Assembly: GCF_963921235.1 (NCBI RefSeq)
Contig: NC_086114.1
Coordinates: 27,900,001 to 27,964,000 of the forward strand
Reading direction: 5' to 3'
Origin: Mobula hypostoma
Taxonomy: Eukaryota
DNA: 64,000 bases
Numbering within the stretch: position 1 is the stretch's first letter; each line of letters begins with the position of its first letter. The notes below the pieces were generated by a model that was given only the letters and a program-made list of their open reading frames with translations, did no database searches and was not told the DNA's origin. A program made the position numbers and the translations under genes. This document shows positions 24,877 through 37,840 of this stretch, piece by piece.

Positions 24877-27800
24877 CATAGAAACATAGAAAACCTACAG
24901 CACAATACAGGCCTTTCGGCCCACAAATCTGTGCTTACCTTAGAAACTACTGAAGGTTACCCATAGCCCTCTATTTTTCTGAGCTCCACGTACCTGTCCA
25001 GGAGTCTCTTAAAAGACCCTGTCGTATCCACCTCCACCACCGTTGCTGGCAGTCCATTCCACACACTCACCACTCTCTGCGTAAAAAACTTAATCCCTGA
25101 CAGCTCCTCTGTACCTGCTTCCAGGCACCTTAAAACTCTGCCCTCTCGTGCTAGCCATTTCAGCCCTGGGAAAAAGCCTCTGACTATCCACACAATCAAT
25201 GCCTCTCATCATTTTATACACCTCTATCAGGTCACCTCTCATCCTCCTTCGCTCCAAGGGAAAAAAGACCAAGTTCACTCAACCTATTCTCAAAAGGCAT
25301 GCTCCCCAATCCAGACAACATCCTTGTAAATCTCCTCTGCACCCTTTCTATGGTTTCCACATCCTTTCTGTAGTGAGGTGACCAGAACTGAGCACAGTAC
25401 TCTAAGTAGGGTCTGACCAGGATCCTATATAGCTGCAACATTACCTCTTGGTTCCTAAACTCAATCCCACGATTGATGAAGGCCAACGCACCATATGCTT
25501 TCTTAATCACAGAGTCAACCTGCGCAGCAGCTTTGAGTGTCCTTTGCACTTGGACCCCAAGATCCCTCTGATCCTCCACACTGCCAAAAGTCTTACCATT
25601 AATACTATATTCTGTCATCATATTTGACCTACCAAAATGAACCACCTCACACTTATCTGGGTTGAACTCCATCTGCCACTTCTCAGCCCAGTTTTGCATC
25701 CTATCAATGTCCTGCTGTAAACTCTGACAGTCCTCCACACTATCCATTACACCTCCAACCTTTGTGTCATCACCAGATTTACTAACCCATCCCTCCACTT
25801 CCTCATCCAGGTCACTTATAAAAATCATGAAGAGAAGGGGTCCCAGAACAGATCCCTGAGGCACACCACTGGTCACCGACCTCCATGCAGAATATGACCC
25901 ATCAACAACCACTCTTTGCCTTCATGCCTCCTTACTTTCTCAATAAACCTTGTCTGGGGTACCTTGTCAAATGCCTTGCTGAAATCCATATACACTACAT
26001 CTACTGCTCTACCTTCATCAATGTGTTTAGTCGCATCCTCAAAAAATTTAATCAGGCTGGTAAGGCATGACCTGCGTTTAACAAAGCCATTCTGACTATT
26101 CCTAATTATATTATGCCTCTCCAAATATTCATAAATCCTGCCTCTCAGGATCTTCTCCATCAACTTACCAACTACTGAAGTAAGACTCACTGGTCTATAA
26201 TTTCCTGGGCCATTTCTACTCCCTTTCTTGAATAGTGGAACAACATCCACAACCCTCCAATCCTCTGGAACCTCTCCTGTCCTGGATGATGCAACAATGA
26301 TCGCCAGAGGCTCAGCAATCTCCTCTCTCGTCTCCCACAGTGGCCTGGGGTACATCTTGTCCAGTCCCAGTGACTTATCAAACTTGATGCTTTCCAGAAG
26401 CTCCAGAACATCCGCTTTCTTAATACCTACATGCTCAAGCTTTTCAGTCTGCTGTAAGTCATCCCTACAATTGCCAAGATCCTTTTCCATAGTGAATACT
26501 GAAGCAAAGTGCTCATTAAGTACCTCTGCTATCTCATCCGGTTCCATACACACTTTTCCACTGTCACACTTGATTGGTCCTATTCTCTCACATCTTATCC
26601 TCTTGCTCTTCACATACTTGTAGAATGCCTTGGGGTTTTCCTTAATCCTGCTCACCACGGCCTTCTCATGGCCCCTTCTGGCTCTCCTAATTTCATTCTT
26701 AAGCTCCTTCCTTCTAGCCTTATAATCTACTAGATCTCTGTCATTACCTAGTTTTTTAAACCTTTCGTAAGCGCTTCTTTTCTTCTTGACTAAATTTACA
26801 ACAGTCTTTGTATACCACAGATCCTGTACCCTACCATCCTTTCCCTGTCTCATTAGAATGTACCTATGCAGAACTCCTTGCAAATATCCCCTGAACATTT
26901 GCCACATTTCTTCTGTACAATTCCCTGAGAACATCTGTTCCCAATTTATGCTTCCAGGTTCCTGCCTGATAGCCTCATATTTCCCCTTACTCTAATTAAA
27001 CACTTTCCTAACTTGTCTGTTCCTATCCCTCTCCAATGCTATGGTAAAGGAGATAGAATTGTGATCACTATCTCCAAAATGTTCTCCCACTGAGAGATCT
27101 GACATCTGACCAGGTTCATTTCCCAATACTAGATCAAGTACAGCCTCTCCTCTTGTAGGCTTATCTACATACTGTGTCAAGAAACCTTCCTGAACACAAC
27201 TAACAAACTCCACCCCATCTGAACCCCTCACTCTAGGGACATGCCAATCGATATTTGGGAAATTAGAATCTCCCACCACGACAACCCTGTTATTGTTACA
27301 CCTTTCCAGAATCTGTCTCCCTATCTGCTTCTCGATGTCCCTGTTACTATTGGGTGGTCTATAAAAAACACACAGTAGAGTTATTGACCCCTTCCTGTTC
27401 CTAACTTCCATCCACAGAAACTCCGTAGACACTCCTTCCATGTCTTCCTCCTTTTCTGCAGCCGTGACACTATCTCTGATCAACAGTGCCACGCCCCCAC
27501 CTTTTTTGCCTCCTTCCCTGTCCTTTCTGAAACATCTAAAGCCTGGCACTCTTAAGTAGCCATTCCTGCCCCTGAGTCATCCAAGTCTCTGCAATGGTCA
27601 CAACATCATAGCTCCAAGTACTGATCCACGCTCTAACCTCATCCACTTTGTTCATAATACTCCTTGCAATAAAATAGACGCATCTCAAACCATCGGTCTG
27701 AGTGTGGCCCTTCTCTATCAATCTGCCTATCCTCCCTCTTGCACTGTCTCCAACCTTTCTCTATTTGTGAGCCAACCGCCTCTTCCTCCATCTCTTCAAT

Positions 27801-28213
27801 TTGGTTCCCACCCCCCAGGAATCCTAGTTTAATCTCTCTCCAATAGCCTTAGCAAACCACCCTGCCATGATATCGGTTCCCCTGGGATTCAAGTGCAACC
27901 CGTCCTTTTTGTACAGGTCACTCCTGCCCCAAAAGAGGTCCCAATGATCCAGAAATCTGAAACCCTGTCCTCTGCTCCAATCCCTCAGCCATGCATATAT
28001 CCTCCACCTCACTCTATTCCTGTACTCACTGTCACATGGCACAGAAAGTAATCCCAAGATTACTACCTGTGTGATCCTGTTTTTCAACTTCCTTCCTAAC
28101 TCCCTGTAGTCTGCTTTCAAGACCTCCTCCCTTTTCCTGCCTATGTCAATATGTTGGTACCAATATGTACCACAGCCTCTGGCTGCTCTTCTTCCAACTT
28201 CAGGATATCATTG
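24877..28213 (-). mobile_element. Long CR1 LINE: ORF1 3' part (SGNH esterase-like) plus ORF2 (APE endonuclease and RT), disrupted
   Basis: ORF 27824..28120 (DGLHLNPRG), 26992..27549 (YRPPN, GDSNFP, SDHN), 25873..26934 (NYRPVSLTS, YMDFSKAFDKV) and 25232..25912 (GVPQGSVLGP, SGDDTK). Has stops, frameshifts and a short deletion near 25925. (TTTCTATG)n tail. Confidence 0.97.
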
Positions 28214-28395
28214 GCACAGCAGGTCAGGCAGCGTCTATGGAAAAGAATAAACAGTCGACGTTTCAGGCTAAGACCCTTCCTCAGAAACAATGACTATTAC
28301 TCTTTTTCATGGATTCTGCCTGACCTGCCAAGTTCCTCCAGCATTTTGTATGTATTGTTGTGGACTTCCAGCATCTGCAGACCTTCTCATGTTGG
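28214..28395. repeat. Short dispersed repeat (Penelope-terminal-like, inverted halves); left end at 24853-24876
   Basis: acacacaaaatgctggaggaactcagcagg.caggcagc.tctatgga family, also seen at ~17832, 36873, 54330 and 55415. Confidence 0.6.
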
Positions 28396-29999
28396 TAAAT
28401 AGCACCAATCTGAAAGAACATTTTGTATGGATGGAAGAGTTTGGTTAAACACTGAGACTGATAGACATAAGACAGATAAGAATAAGGATGTCCAGATGAA
28501 AGTCTGAAATAGCAAGTTATGTAGCAATTCCAAGTGGGATTCAGGAAATTTATTTTGATCTTATTAGAGCAAACTAAACAAATGTTCATACCAAATAGCC
28601 TTAGAGCTGGTCAAGTATTGTAATCAGGCCACCGAGATGTTTAATGTTTTAGGACAATGGAGAATTCAACATGCTATCTAATACCAAAGCACTGGATGTG
28701 TAGCATTATAAAGCAGACTTCTGCTGCACAGAAAAAGTCAGGAAAATGGATAGCCAACATTTCAGCTTCAGGTAGACTAGGTGAAGAGTTTTCACCCAAA
28801 CGTTCAACTGCCCATTTCCCTCCACAGATTCTGCCTGACCTACCATGTTCTTCCCTCTTTCAGCATCTGTAGTCTCTTGTGTCTCCTCCTCATTACAATT
28901 ATCTCATGCCTATAGTTATTAGTTGGGAGGTCCAGCATTAGAGTCTTCAACATTCTTAACCTCCAATTAGTAATCTTTTCCAACATTCAAAACTTGAATA
29001 GACCCCCTCTGTCAGGACAACTCTTGCAGCACAATTCTGTCTATACGTTATATTTCATGGGTTTACTTGTACCAGGCCGGGAATGAAATTGGGGGTGTGA
29101 ATGGTTCAATATGAGGGTTTGGTAAAAGAGGGACAGGTGCCAAAGGCCTTCCAAGGGCTTAGTTGGATGAAATCATCTTACATTGGATGTTGATGACACA
29201 GAGGCAGCAAGTGATTGAGGGATGTGGGAGAAATAGATCTGGAGGGTGATGACATTTCAAGCAAAGCTGATGCCAGATTAGTGTAAGGGATGGAGATTTA
29301 GAAGAGGAGGAAGAGCAGGGTGTATCCCAGGAAACTTCAGAAGCAAGCTCAGGAAACAATTACTGGAGATGCTTTAGCATAGAAAGTTTAGGGTGTAGAA
29401 GGATACCATTTGGCCCATTGCATTGGTGATGGCTACATAGTGCTTTGCCATCTAATCCTACTTCCCAGCACTAGATCTGTAGCTTTCCTGTTCATGGTTT
29501 TTCAACTATACATCCTGTAATTTTGTAAATATCGCCAACATATTTTCAGGAAATGAACTTCAGGCTTCTTGATTCCTCCCTCCACCCCCCCCCCCCCACA
29601 CACACACACCCCAAACCCTATCTCACCTCTAATCTTTCAAGCAATTATTGTAAATCCATGCTTTCTAGTAATTACTCCTCAGCTGTGGGAAATGAGATCT
29701 TCCTATTCACTCTACCTGGACCCCTCATGATCTTGTGCTGCTCAATCCCCTTACTCTTTTCCAACTTAAAAAATGAACAATAATTTTAGGTTATCCAATC
29801 TATCCTCACAGCAATAAATTTTCATCTTCTAGTTATCCTCTGTATCCTCTCCAGTGCAGTCTCTGTAGCGGAATGACCAGATTGTGGGCAGTACTCAAGC
29901 TGTGGTCCAAATAATGATGTGTAAAATTCTCCCTTCCTCTTATATTCTATGCCTCAACAAAAAAAAATGAAAGCATCCCATGAACTTTTTAAGGGTAGA

Positions 30000-30400
30000 A
30001 CCATTTGAGGCATTTCCCATTAAGGTGATGAGAAGCTTTGGAAGGGAAAGATGTGATTGACTATGTCAGAGTTTAGGGAGGTCAAGGAGAATGAGTTTAA
30101 TGCAGCACAATCACATTTACAGAGAAGGTCATCCATGTCTTTGGTAAGGCATATTTTAGTGGGAGGAACAGGAATCTGATTGGCGATCTTCAGTCAGGAA
30201 GGTGCAGAAGAAATGCCTAGGAGTTGGAACTTAACCATCTGTTCCATTGGAGAGGACGGTGAGGTCTGAGTACAGAAAGTTTCATGGAGAGATTGGAGTG
30301 AAAATTGTAAAGCTTAAGATGATCATCTTGGCTTTGTAAGAGAGATAGAACTACTTACCATAACACCATGGTCACCTGGAAAAGAAAGTTGTAGCATCAG
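30000..30400 (-). mobile_element. Ancient L2-like RT remnant
   Basis: The minus strand around 30125-30165 gives TKICLTKDMDDL, resembling the HSTETALxKVxxDL motif. Confidence 0.35.
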
Positions 30401-30699
30401 AAATTTGGTGAGAATGGAGTAAGAGAGCAGAAGGTTGGTTTTCTGGAAGTTATGAGATTAATTGGTCCATGAGAGAGTTGAGAGTGACAATGTAGGGTGC
30501 TCAGGATTCAGGATTGTGTGAGATTCTGTTCAGTGAGCCAGAGGAAAGGAGAGCATAGAATGAAAGGGAGCAGGGTTCCATCTGGGTGAAATTGGGACCA
30601 ACTCCTCGTCAGAGATGTGATTGCCAGGGCCGGTGAGCATGCATTTGAAGAGGACCTTAACATCATAAGTGGAAGAAGGAAGTCAGATGATCTCCATTA

Positions 30700-30895
30700 G
30701 AATTAGAATCAGGTTTATTATCATTCCCATCTTCTGAAATTTCTTGTTTTGTGGTAGAAGTACAGTGCACATTAAAATTACTACAAATTTCAAAAAATAG
30801 ATGGAAAGACAGACCAAAAGGTATATAGAAAAATAGATAGTGAGGAAGAGGGAGGTAGTATTCATGGGTTCATTAACCATTCAGTAATCTGATGG
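30700..30895 (-). mobile_element. Rex1/Babar-like LINE tail
   Basis: ccatcagatt.ctgaat...aataaacctgattct tail, similar to 53760-53955. Confidence 0.6.
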
Positions 30896-31312
30896 CTTCC
30901 CGAGATGTTCTAGGACACTGTAGGATTTGGCACGGTGTCTGATTTGTTCAGGCCCCATCTGGTGATGAGCAGTTTAAACAAATTTAACACCAAAATTCAG
31001 ATTAGTTCTTGAGGAAGCAAACACCTGTGTAATTGGGATAAGGCACCGATTTAGCTGGAGGCGAGATAGGATCTTGCCATCTCTACTCGTCTGAATATTA
31101 ATTATTACTTGTTATATGTTGGGATTTTCTTTAATTCAAGTGTTAGACAGACGTTCACTGTCAGGCAATATAAAGTACTTCAGAGAAATGGAGAGGTGGC
31201 GTGCATGAGAATGTTACACAGATGGAGTGAACTTTTGTTCAGGGGCAGGATTGGAGGTTGTGTGTGAATATGAAAGTTAACTGGATAACATCCTGGAGGA
31301 AGAAATGCATAC

Positions 31313-31482
31313 CATCGAATCGGGGTTAAAGACGTCGGGGTGTGACTCGTAGATGAATCTCTCGACCCTGCGCTGCCGCTCTTTAAACATCTGAGATCCT
31401 TTATTCTTCAGCAGTGACAATTCCTCCAACATCACATCCCGGGGGATGCTTATCTTCTTCCCGAGGTTAATCTCGGCTCCGG
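31313..31482 (-). CDS. MYOZ1: MYOZ1 coding exon 2
   Basis: AGAEINLGKKISIPRDVMLEELSLLKNKGSQMFKERQRRVERFIYESHPDVFNPDSM, the calsarcin N-terminal signature. Acceptor gcag|, donor |gtatgc. 170 nt. Confidence 0.95.
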
Positions 31483-32085
31483 CTGCGCAGAAAGTTGGTT
31501 TTAAAAATGTGAAACAGTTAACTAGGGGGAGCGGCAGCAAGATCCACCTTTGGAGCTGGTTATTTAATGAACTGCACCCTCGCCAATTCCTCTCGCCTTC
31601 GAGGCTGGAGTTACAGGCAAGCGCGGCAAATATTAGACACATTTCACTCAGTAAATCATACACATCCTCAGCTGTTTGCATTCGACAGCGCAGGGGACTG
31701 ACATGTTCTCCTCGGAGGAGAGGACAGACGTATGGCTGCGCGAGTTTTATAAAATTATTGGAGGCACGGACTGAGTGGACCAATCAGTGACTGCTTAAAA
31801 AAACTTGGAGAAGATACAGTGTTTATTAATAAGATGCAGCTTGCAAAATTTCACCATAAAAAGGCCATGTTTTCTGTATTAACTACAGAACTCACTAGTC
31901 ACAACGCCTCAATTTCACAGTTTACCGCGTTATAATCAGCTGCGGATAAATACTAACAGCAGGTTGAATAACCCTGTAATCCGAGTAAGCGCTCCATCTT
32001 TTTTTGGGGAGAGCTCGAGCTCAGTATCTTTATAGGGAAAGCTGTGATCCAAATGTGTGCCGATGTGCTCAAGCGTTGGACCTAC

Positions 32086-32161
32086 CTTCCTTCAGCGCTT
32101 TTGTGATGATTCTCGATGACTTTTTCCTCTTGGCGGGTGCGGGGGTTCCAGCTAACGGCAT
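32086..32161 (-). CDS. MYOZ1: MYOZ1 first coding exon (exon spans 32190-32086 including 5'UTR)
   Basis: MPLAGTPAPAKRKKSSRIITKALKE, matching the MYOZ1-type N-terminus MPLSGTPAP. Upstream acceptor ctcttgacag at 32191, donor G|gtagg. Phase 1. Confidence 0.92.
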
Positions 32162-33489
32162 GGTCGATGGAGTTTAATCCTTTCTTGCCACTGTCAAGAG
32201 CCAGGAGAGGAAAGTACACACATTGGCAAAGTCATTAAAAATTGGGGAAGGTGTCCGATTGATGCATACTAACGACTATCCAAAGCACCAACATTTAGCT
32301 TCTCATTAACTACTTCAAGATTATTGATCTTAAACACCAAATAAATGTTTTAATCTTAAGATATTGGATGGATACTGTACCCACAACAGAAAAGAAGGAA
32401 CACAAAAAGTTCAGACGTATTCTTATTCTCTGCAGTCAAACATTTCTATAACAAAGACATATAGAGAAAAAAATATCCTTGCAGTAAATCAACCACATAA
32501 AGCTGTTACTTTTGATAACAACTCCATGGAGATCCTGTCACTGCCAGACAATCCAACATTATCTTATAACATGGAGATGTTCACGGTGACATACCTTTAA
32601 AAAAAATCTGCTGGAATACCTGGCTACTGGTTGCTGACTTAGCTCCGAATCTGCTAAATAAAGATGTTCATGAGATAAGCTGAAGAAATTGTGCAGAAAG
32701 AACAGACAGGAGTTGGGTCTGCACAGCACCAAGTGCTGATGCAAAGTGCAGTGAATTTGATTCCAAATGTTTTTCTTGCATATGCATCATTGAGATAAAT
32801 ATAGTATTGAACCAAGGGTCTCAGATAGCAGTGAGACAAGATAAAACCATGTATGTAAGCAGTCTTCAAACTTCAGATGTTAAGGTAGAAACAAAATGAA
32901 AATCAGACTGAGGCCGTGAAGAACTGTAGTCCTCATATAATCACAAGGCAGCAAACTGGTCAGAATTTCCAAGAAGTGTGCTGGTTTTTAGTCAAGTAAA
33001 GAAAAGTCTTGCTGCTCCTCTGCTGACTCGTGTACAAAGGCATCGGGTGTCAAAGCTGGGAAGTTGACATGTTTGCTCCCTGACCTGCACTAAGTTAACA
33101 GGTGCTGCCCAGAACATTGAGTGAGTTATTCGAAGTGACAATGTCCTTGGCCAAGGGAAGAACTAAATCATCTTACAGGTTTAACATTCCCTAACTCCCA
33201 TGGAGTGAGATAACACCTGACCACATATGTTTTAGCACAAACATTTAGCAGACATGAGGAATAAATGAATTGTCAGTAGGCTAGAGGCCCACTCAGTCTT
33301 GAGAGCTGATTCTGCAAACCTGCACTGATGTGGTGTTATGAACTTACTTCTTATCATGCAATGCAAGTAAAGGCTATTTGAAGCAGATAGGACAGTTGCT
33401 CAGACTGCATGAATTCACTATGAACTTCCCTGGCATTCCTTTACATTCCCTGTAACGCCTTTACATTGAGGTACACGGAGGAGGATCTT

Positions 33490-35300
33490 AGAATCATAGA
33501 GTCATAGAACAGTACAGGACAGAAATAAGCCCCTTGGCCCATCTAGTCCATGCCAAACTATCAATCTGCCTAGTCCTATCAACCTGCCATACTCCTCCCA
33601 TCCATGTACCAATCCAAATTTCTCTTAATTGTTGTAATCAAAACCACATCTACAACTTGGCCCATCTAGTCCATGCCAAACTATCAATCTGCCTAGTCCC
33701 ATCAACCTGCCGTACTCCTCCCATCCGTGTACCATTCCAAATTTCTCTTAATTGTTGTAATCAAAACCACATCTACAACTTTTGCTGGCAGCTCATTACA
33801 CAGCCTTGCAATCCTCTGAGAGAAGAAGTTCCCCCTCATATTCCCCTTAAACATTCCACCTTTCACCTTTAGTCCATGAACTCTAAATCTAGTCTCATCC
33901 AACCTCAATGGGAAAAGCTTGCTTTCTTTTACCCTATCTATACATCTAATAATTTTGTATATCTCAATTAAATCCCCCCTCATTCTCCTACGCTCTAGGG
34001 AATAATGTCCTAACCTATTCCACCTTTCCCTATAAATTAGGTCCTCAAGTTCTGACAGCATCCTTGTAAATTTTCTCTGCAGCTTTTCAATTTTATTGAC
34101 AGCTTTCCTGTAGTTAGGTGACCAAAACTGCACACGATACCCCAAATTAGGTCTCACCGATATATTATGCAACTTCATCACAACATCCCAACTCCAGTAC
34201 TCAATGCTGTACTTTGATTTATGAAGGCCAATGTGCCAAAATTTTTCTTTACAACCCTATATATCTATGAAGCCACTTTCAAGGAATTATGGATTTGTAT
34301 TCCCAGAATCCTCTGTTCATATGTACTCCTCAGAACCCAACCACTCACTGTGTAATTCCTACCATGGTTTGTCCTCCCAAAGTGCAACACTTCACACTGT
34401 CTGCATTTAATTCCATCTGCCATTTTGCAGCCAATTTTTCTAGCTGGTCCAGATTCTCTTGCAAGCTTTGATAGCCTTCCTCGCTGTCCACTGTAACCCC
34501 AATCTTGGTGTCATCCACAAATTTGCTGATCCAGTTTACTTCATTATCATCCAGATTGTTGATATAGATGACAAACAGCAGCGGACCCAGCACCAATCCC
34601 CGCGGCACACCACAATTCATGGGCTTCAGTCAGAGAGGCAGCCATCTTCTAACACTCTCTGGCTTCTCCAGCAAACCCAATGGTCTAATCCAATTTATGG
34701 GTTGAATTAAATGCCAAGTGACTGCACCTTCTTGACCAACCTCCCACGTGGGATCTTGTAAAAGGCCTTGCTGAACAATATCCACTGACTTGCTGTCATC
34801 AGCTTCCCTGTAGCTTCCTCAACAAACTCTATAAGATTGGTTAGACATGACCTATCACGCACAAAGACATATTGACTATCTCCAACCAGTCGCTGTCTAT
34901 CCAAATACTTATATATTTGGTCCTTCAGAATATCTTCCAATAACCTACCCACTGCAGATGTCAGGCTCAGCAGCCTATGATTTTCTGGCTTATTCTTACA
35001 GCCTTTCTTAAACAACAGTTCTTTAATTATCCTCAATCCTCCAGCACCTCACACATAGCTAAGGACATTTTAAATATCTCTGTAATTCCTGCACTAGCCT
35101 CCCATGGGGTCCAAGGGAACACTTTGTCAGGCCCTGGTGATTTGTCCACCCTAATTCGCCCGATCACAGCAAACACCTCCTCCTCTGTAATCTGTATATG
35201 GTCTATGGCCTCACTGCTGCTTTGCCTCACTTCCATAGACTTGGTGTCCATCTCCTGAATAAATACAGATGCAAAAGATCCATTTAAGATCTCCACCATC
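33490..35300 (-). mobile_element. Decayed CR1 LINE (RT to 3' end)
   Basis: ORFs 35033..35299, 34707..35036, 34345..34620 (GVPRGLVLGP, FVDDTK) and 33702..34181. Confidence 0.92.
33534..33779. repeat. 123-bp tandem duplication (2 copies, 4 mismatches)
   Basis: ttggcccatctagtcc...catctacaac at 33534-33656 and 33657-33779. Confidence 0.95.
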
Positions 35301-35959
35301 TTGTCCTTGTTTCAATGGTTTCTCGTCACAGTTCTGCTCCTTCCCAATCTTTACAATGGTTCATTCTTAGCCTCCTCCTGTTTCTCGTTTACACAGTGTC
35401 CGTCAGCATTGGAAGATGTGTTGAGACCTGCACCTACCTTTCTCTATTTTCTAGTTCCTTTGCTTTCACTGGGTTATCTGGCACTTAGCCTCACATAATG
35501 AGCAAATCCCTCTAACCAGGTTAGACACATTGTCTTTAGGAATAAAAACAGAAGATCCTGGAAACACTCTGGTGTTCGGACAGCATCAGAGAACATGTGT
35601 TCTGATGAGATGTCATTGACTTGAAACACGGTTTCTTGCATTGCAGATACAGCCTGAGCTTCAGAGTGTTCCCAAAAGTTTCTGTTTCAGATTTTCAACA
35701 TCTGCAGCATCATTACTTATTTCCTCATGAAATAAGAGGAGGCCATTTGGCCCATTGAGTGTTTGTCAGCTGTCAGAACAATCGGATTTCCCATTAATTT
35801 TCCTGCTACCTATTATCCTTACATTCCCACTGACTCTCGACACTTGTCACATTCTACTTCTCACCTATACCAGTTAACTCTAAATATTTGGGTTGAGGGA
35901 AGAAACCAGAACACAGCCTCATTGTTTTTACATTGTTTTCAATGACAACAGGAATATTA

Positions 35960-36795
35960 TCTGGATGTAGTGAGGACCTACAAGTACCTGGGGGTGCACC
36001 TGGATGACAGACTTTAGTGGAGCACTAACACAAAGGCTGTGTACAAGAAGGACCAGAGTCACCTCTACTTTCTGAGGAGACTGAGGTTCCTTGGAGTATG
36101 CAGGCATTTCCTTCACATGTTCTACCAATCTGTTGTTGCCAGTACAATCTTCTATGTAGTGGTGTGTTGGTGCAATGGCATCAACACAGGTGATGCCAAC
36201 AGGCTCAATAAACTGATTAGAAGGCTGGTTCTGTTATAGGAGTCAAACTGGACACACTAGAGGCTGTGGTAGAACGAAGGTCCCTCCGGAAAATTCTGGC
36301 AATTCTGGACAATGTTTCTCACCCTCTGGATGCCACCTTGGCTGAACAGAGGAGCGTTTTTAGCTGCTCCAAAGAGCGCTACATGAGGTAATTCCTACCC
36401 TCGGCTATTAGGCTCTATAATGAGTCAACCTATAGTCAGGGATTTGTTGACCCCCTCCTATTAAACTGTTATTAACTTCTGTTTACCAGAGATCCATTTA
36501 AGCTCTGTTTACCACACCCTGTGCAATATTACCATCACTTCTTATCTGTATGGTGTGAATGTGCACCCATTACTGTATAATATTACAGTAATTCTTGCAC
36601 TACCATCTTATCAGTGTGAACTTGGAAATCTTGTAAATCTTGCAATCTTTGACTTGTAAATCTCGTACATCTTATTTTAAGATAACTTATTTTTTATTCT
36701 TTCTTCCTTTTCTTCTAATATTTGTGTATCTGTGCACGTGTAAAGCTACTGTGCCACTGTAATTTCCTTTGGGATCAATAAAGTATCTATCTATC
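35960..36795 (+). mobile_element. Rex1/Babar-like LINE 3' fragment
   Basis: YKYLGVHLDDRL, LYFLRRLR...MFYQSVVASTIFYVVVCW...RLNKLIR. gggatcaataaag followed by a (TATC)n tail. Confidence 0.88.
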
Positions 36796-37482
36796 TTATT
36801 TCTGTCACTGACTTTTGACAAAGTATTATGTACAACCTCCCTATAAATTAGGCAACTGTAAATTGGGTGTTGCACAAAATGCCGGAGGAACTCAGCAGGT
36901 CAGGGAAATGAATAAACAGTCGCCGTTTCAGGCTGTGACCATTCATCAGGAAATTGCGTATGCTGGAAATCAAGAGCCATAAAATAGACCATTACAACAC
37001 AGAAACAGGCCTTTGGTCCATCTTGTCAGTGGCAAACTGTTATACTGCCTCGTCCCATCGACATGCACCCAGTCCATAGAGTTCTGTACCCCTCACATCC
37101 ATGTTGAAACATCTCTTAAATGTTGAAATCGAACCTGCATCCACCAATTCCTCTGGCAGTTTTATTCCACATTTTGACCATCCTCTGAGTGAAGAAGTTT
37201 CCTCACAGAATCCCCTGAAATAATTCAAGAGAGATACAAGCAAAATAGATTTTATATTAAGTGGAGTTTAACTTAGATGAGTGAGTGTCATTGGGCATGT
37301 TGTAAACTGAGGGAGTAAAGACTGAGTTTGACAAAGTGCAGTTCAAGTGGTGGAGGATGTTTTCTGGACTGGGTCTCTTTCAAGTCGAGCAAGGCATAGT
37401 TTGGGTGGGGCGTAGTTCAAGTGTGACAGGATGTAGATTGGGGAGTTTGAATGGAATAGTATAATTTGGACAGGATATAAGG

Positions 37483-37840
37483 TCATCATCATAGCTTGTC
37501 ACACCAGACAGCCAGCCACTCTAGTGTTGTTTGGTTGATGTTGAGCAGGTCAGTGTCAGCTAAATCAGGTGAGAGTGGGCAGTTGTGCAGAACGTGTTCA
37601 ATATTCTGCACCCTTTTGCCACACTTACAGGATTCGCTGGGCTTTAAACCCACTTCACCATATTGTCTCCCGTCCTACAAACTCCCGCTCTCGCTCTGTT
37701 GAGAGTGCACCACTTCCATCTGTCAAGCAGTGCCCCGTCTGGTAACATTTCTGTGGGGTCTTGCACTGTATTGTTTGGTGGGGTTCTGGCTTCTGTTTGT
37801 TGCCAATCCTGTATGTTTGGGGGGTTGTTCCGTGCAGTAG
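37483..37840 (-). mobile_element. I-group (Ingi/Vingi-like) LINE 3' fragment
   Basis: KWCTLNRARAGVCRTGDNMVKW followed, after a frameshift, by a CKCG...EHVLHNC zinc knuckle. (ATG)n tail. Confidence 0.6.

Noticed and set aside
31277-31783. 168-aa ORF as a standalone gene
   Set aside because: Only 31313-31482 is myozenin-like and bounded by splice sites. The rest is intron read-through.
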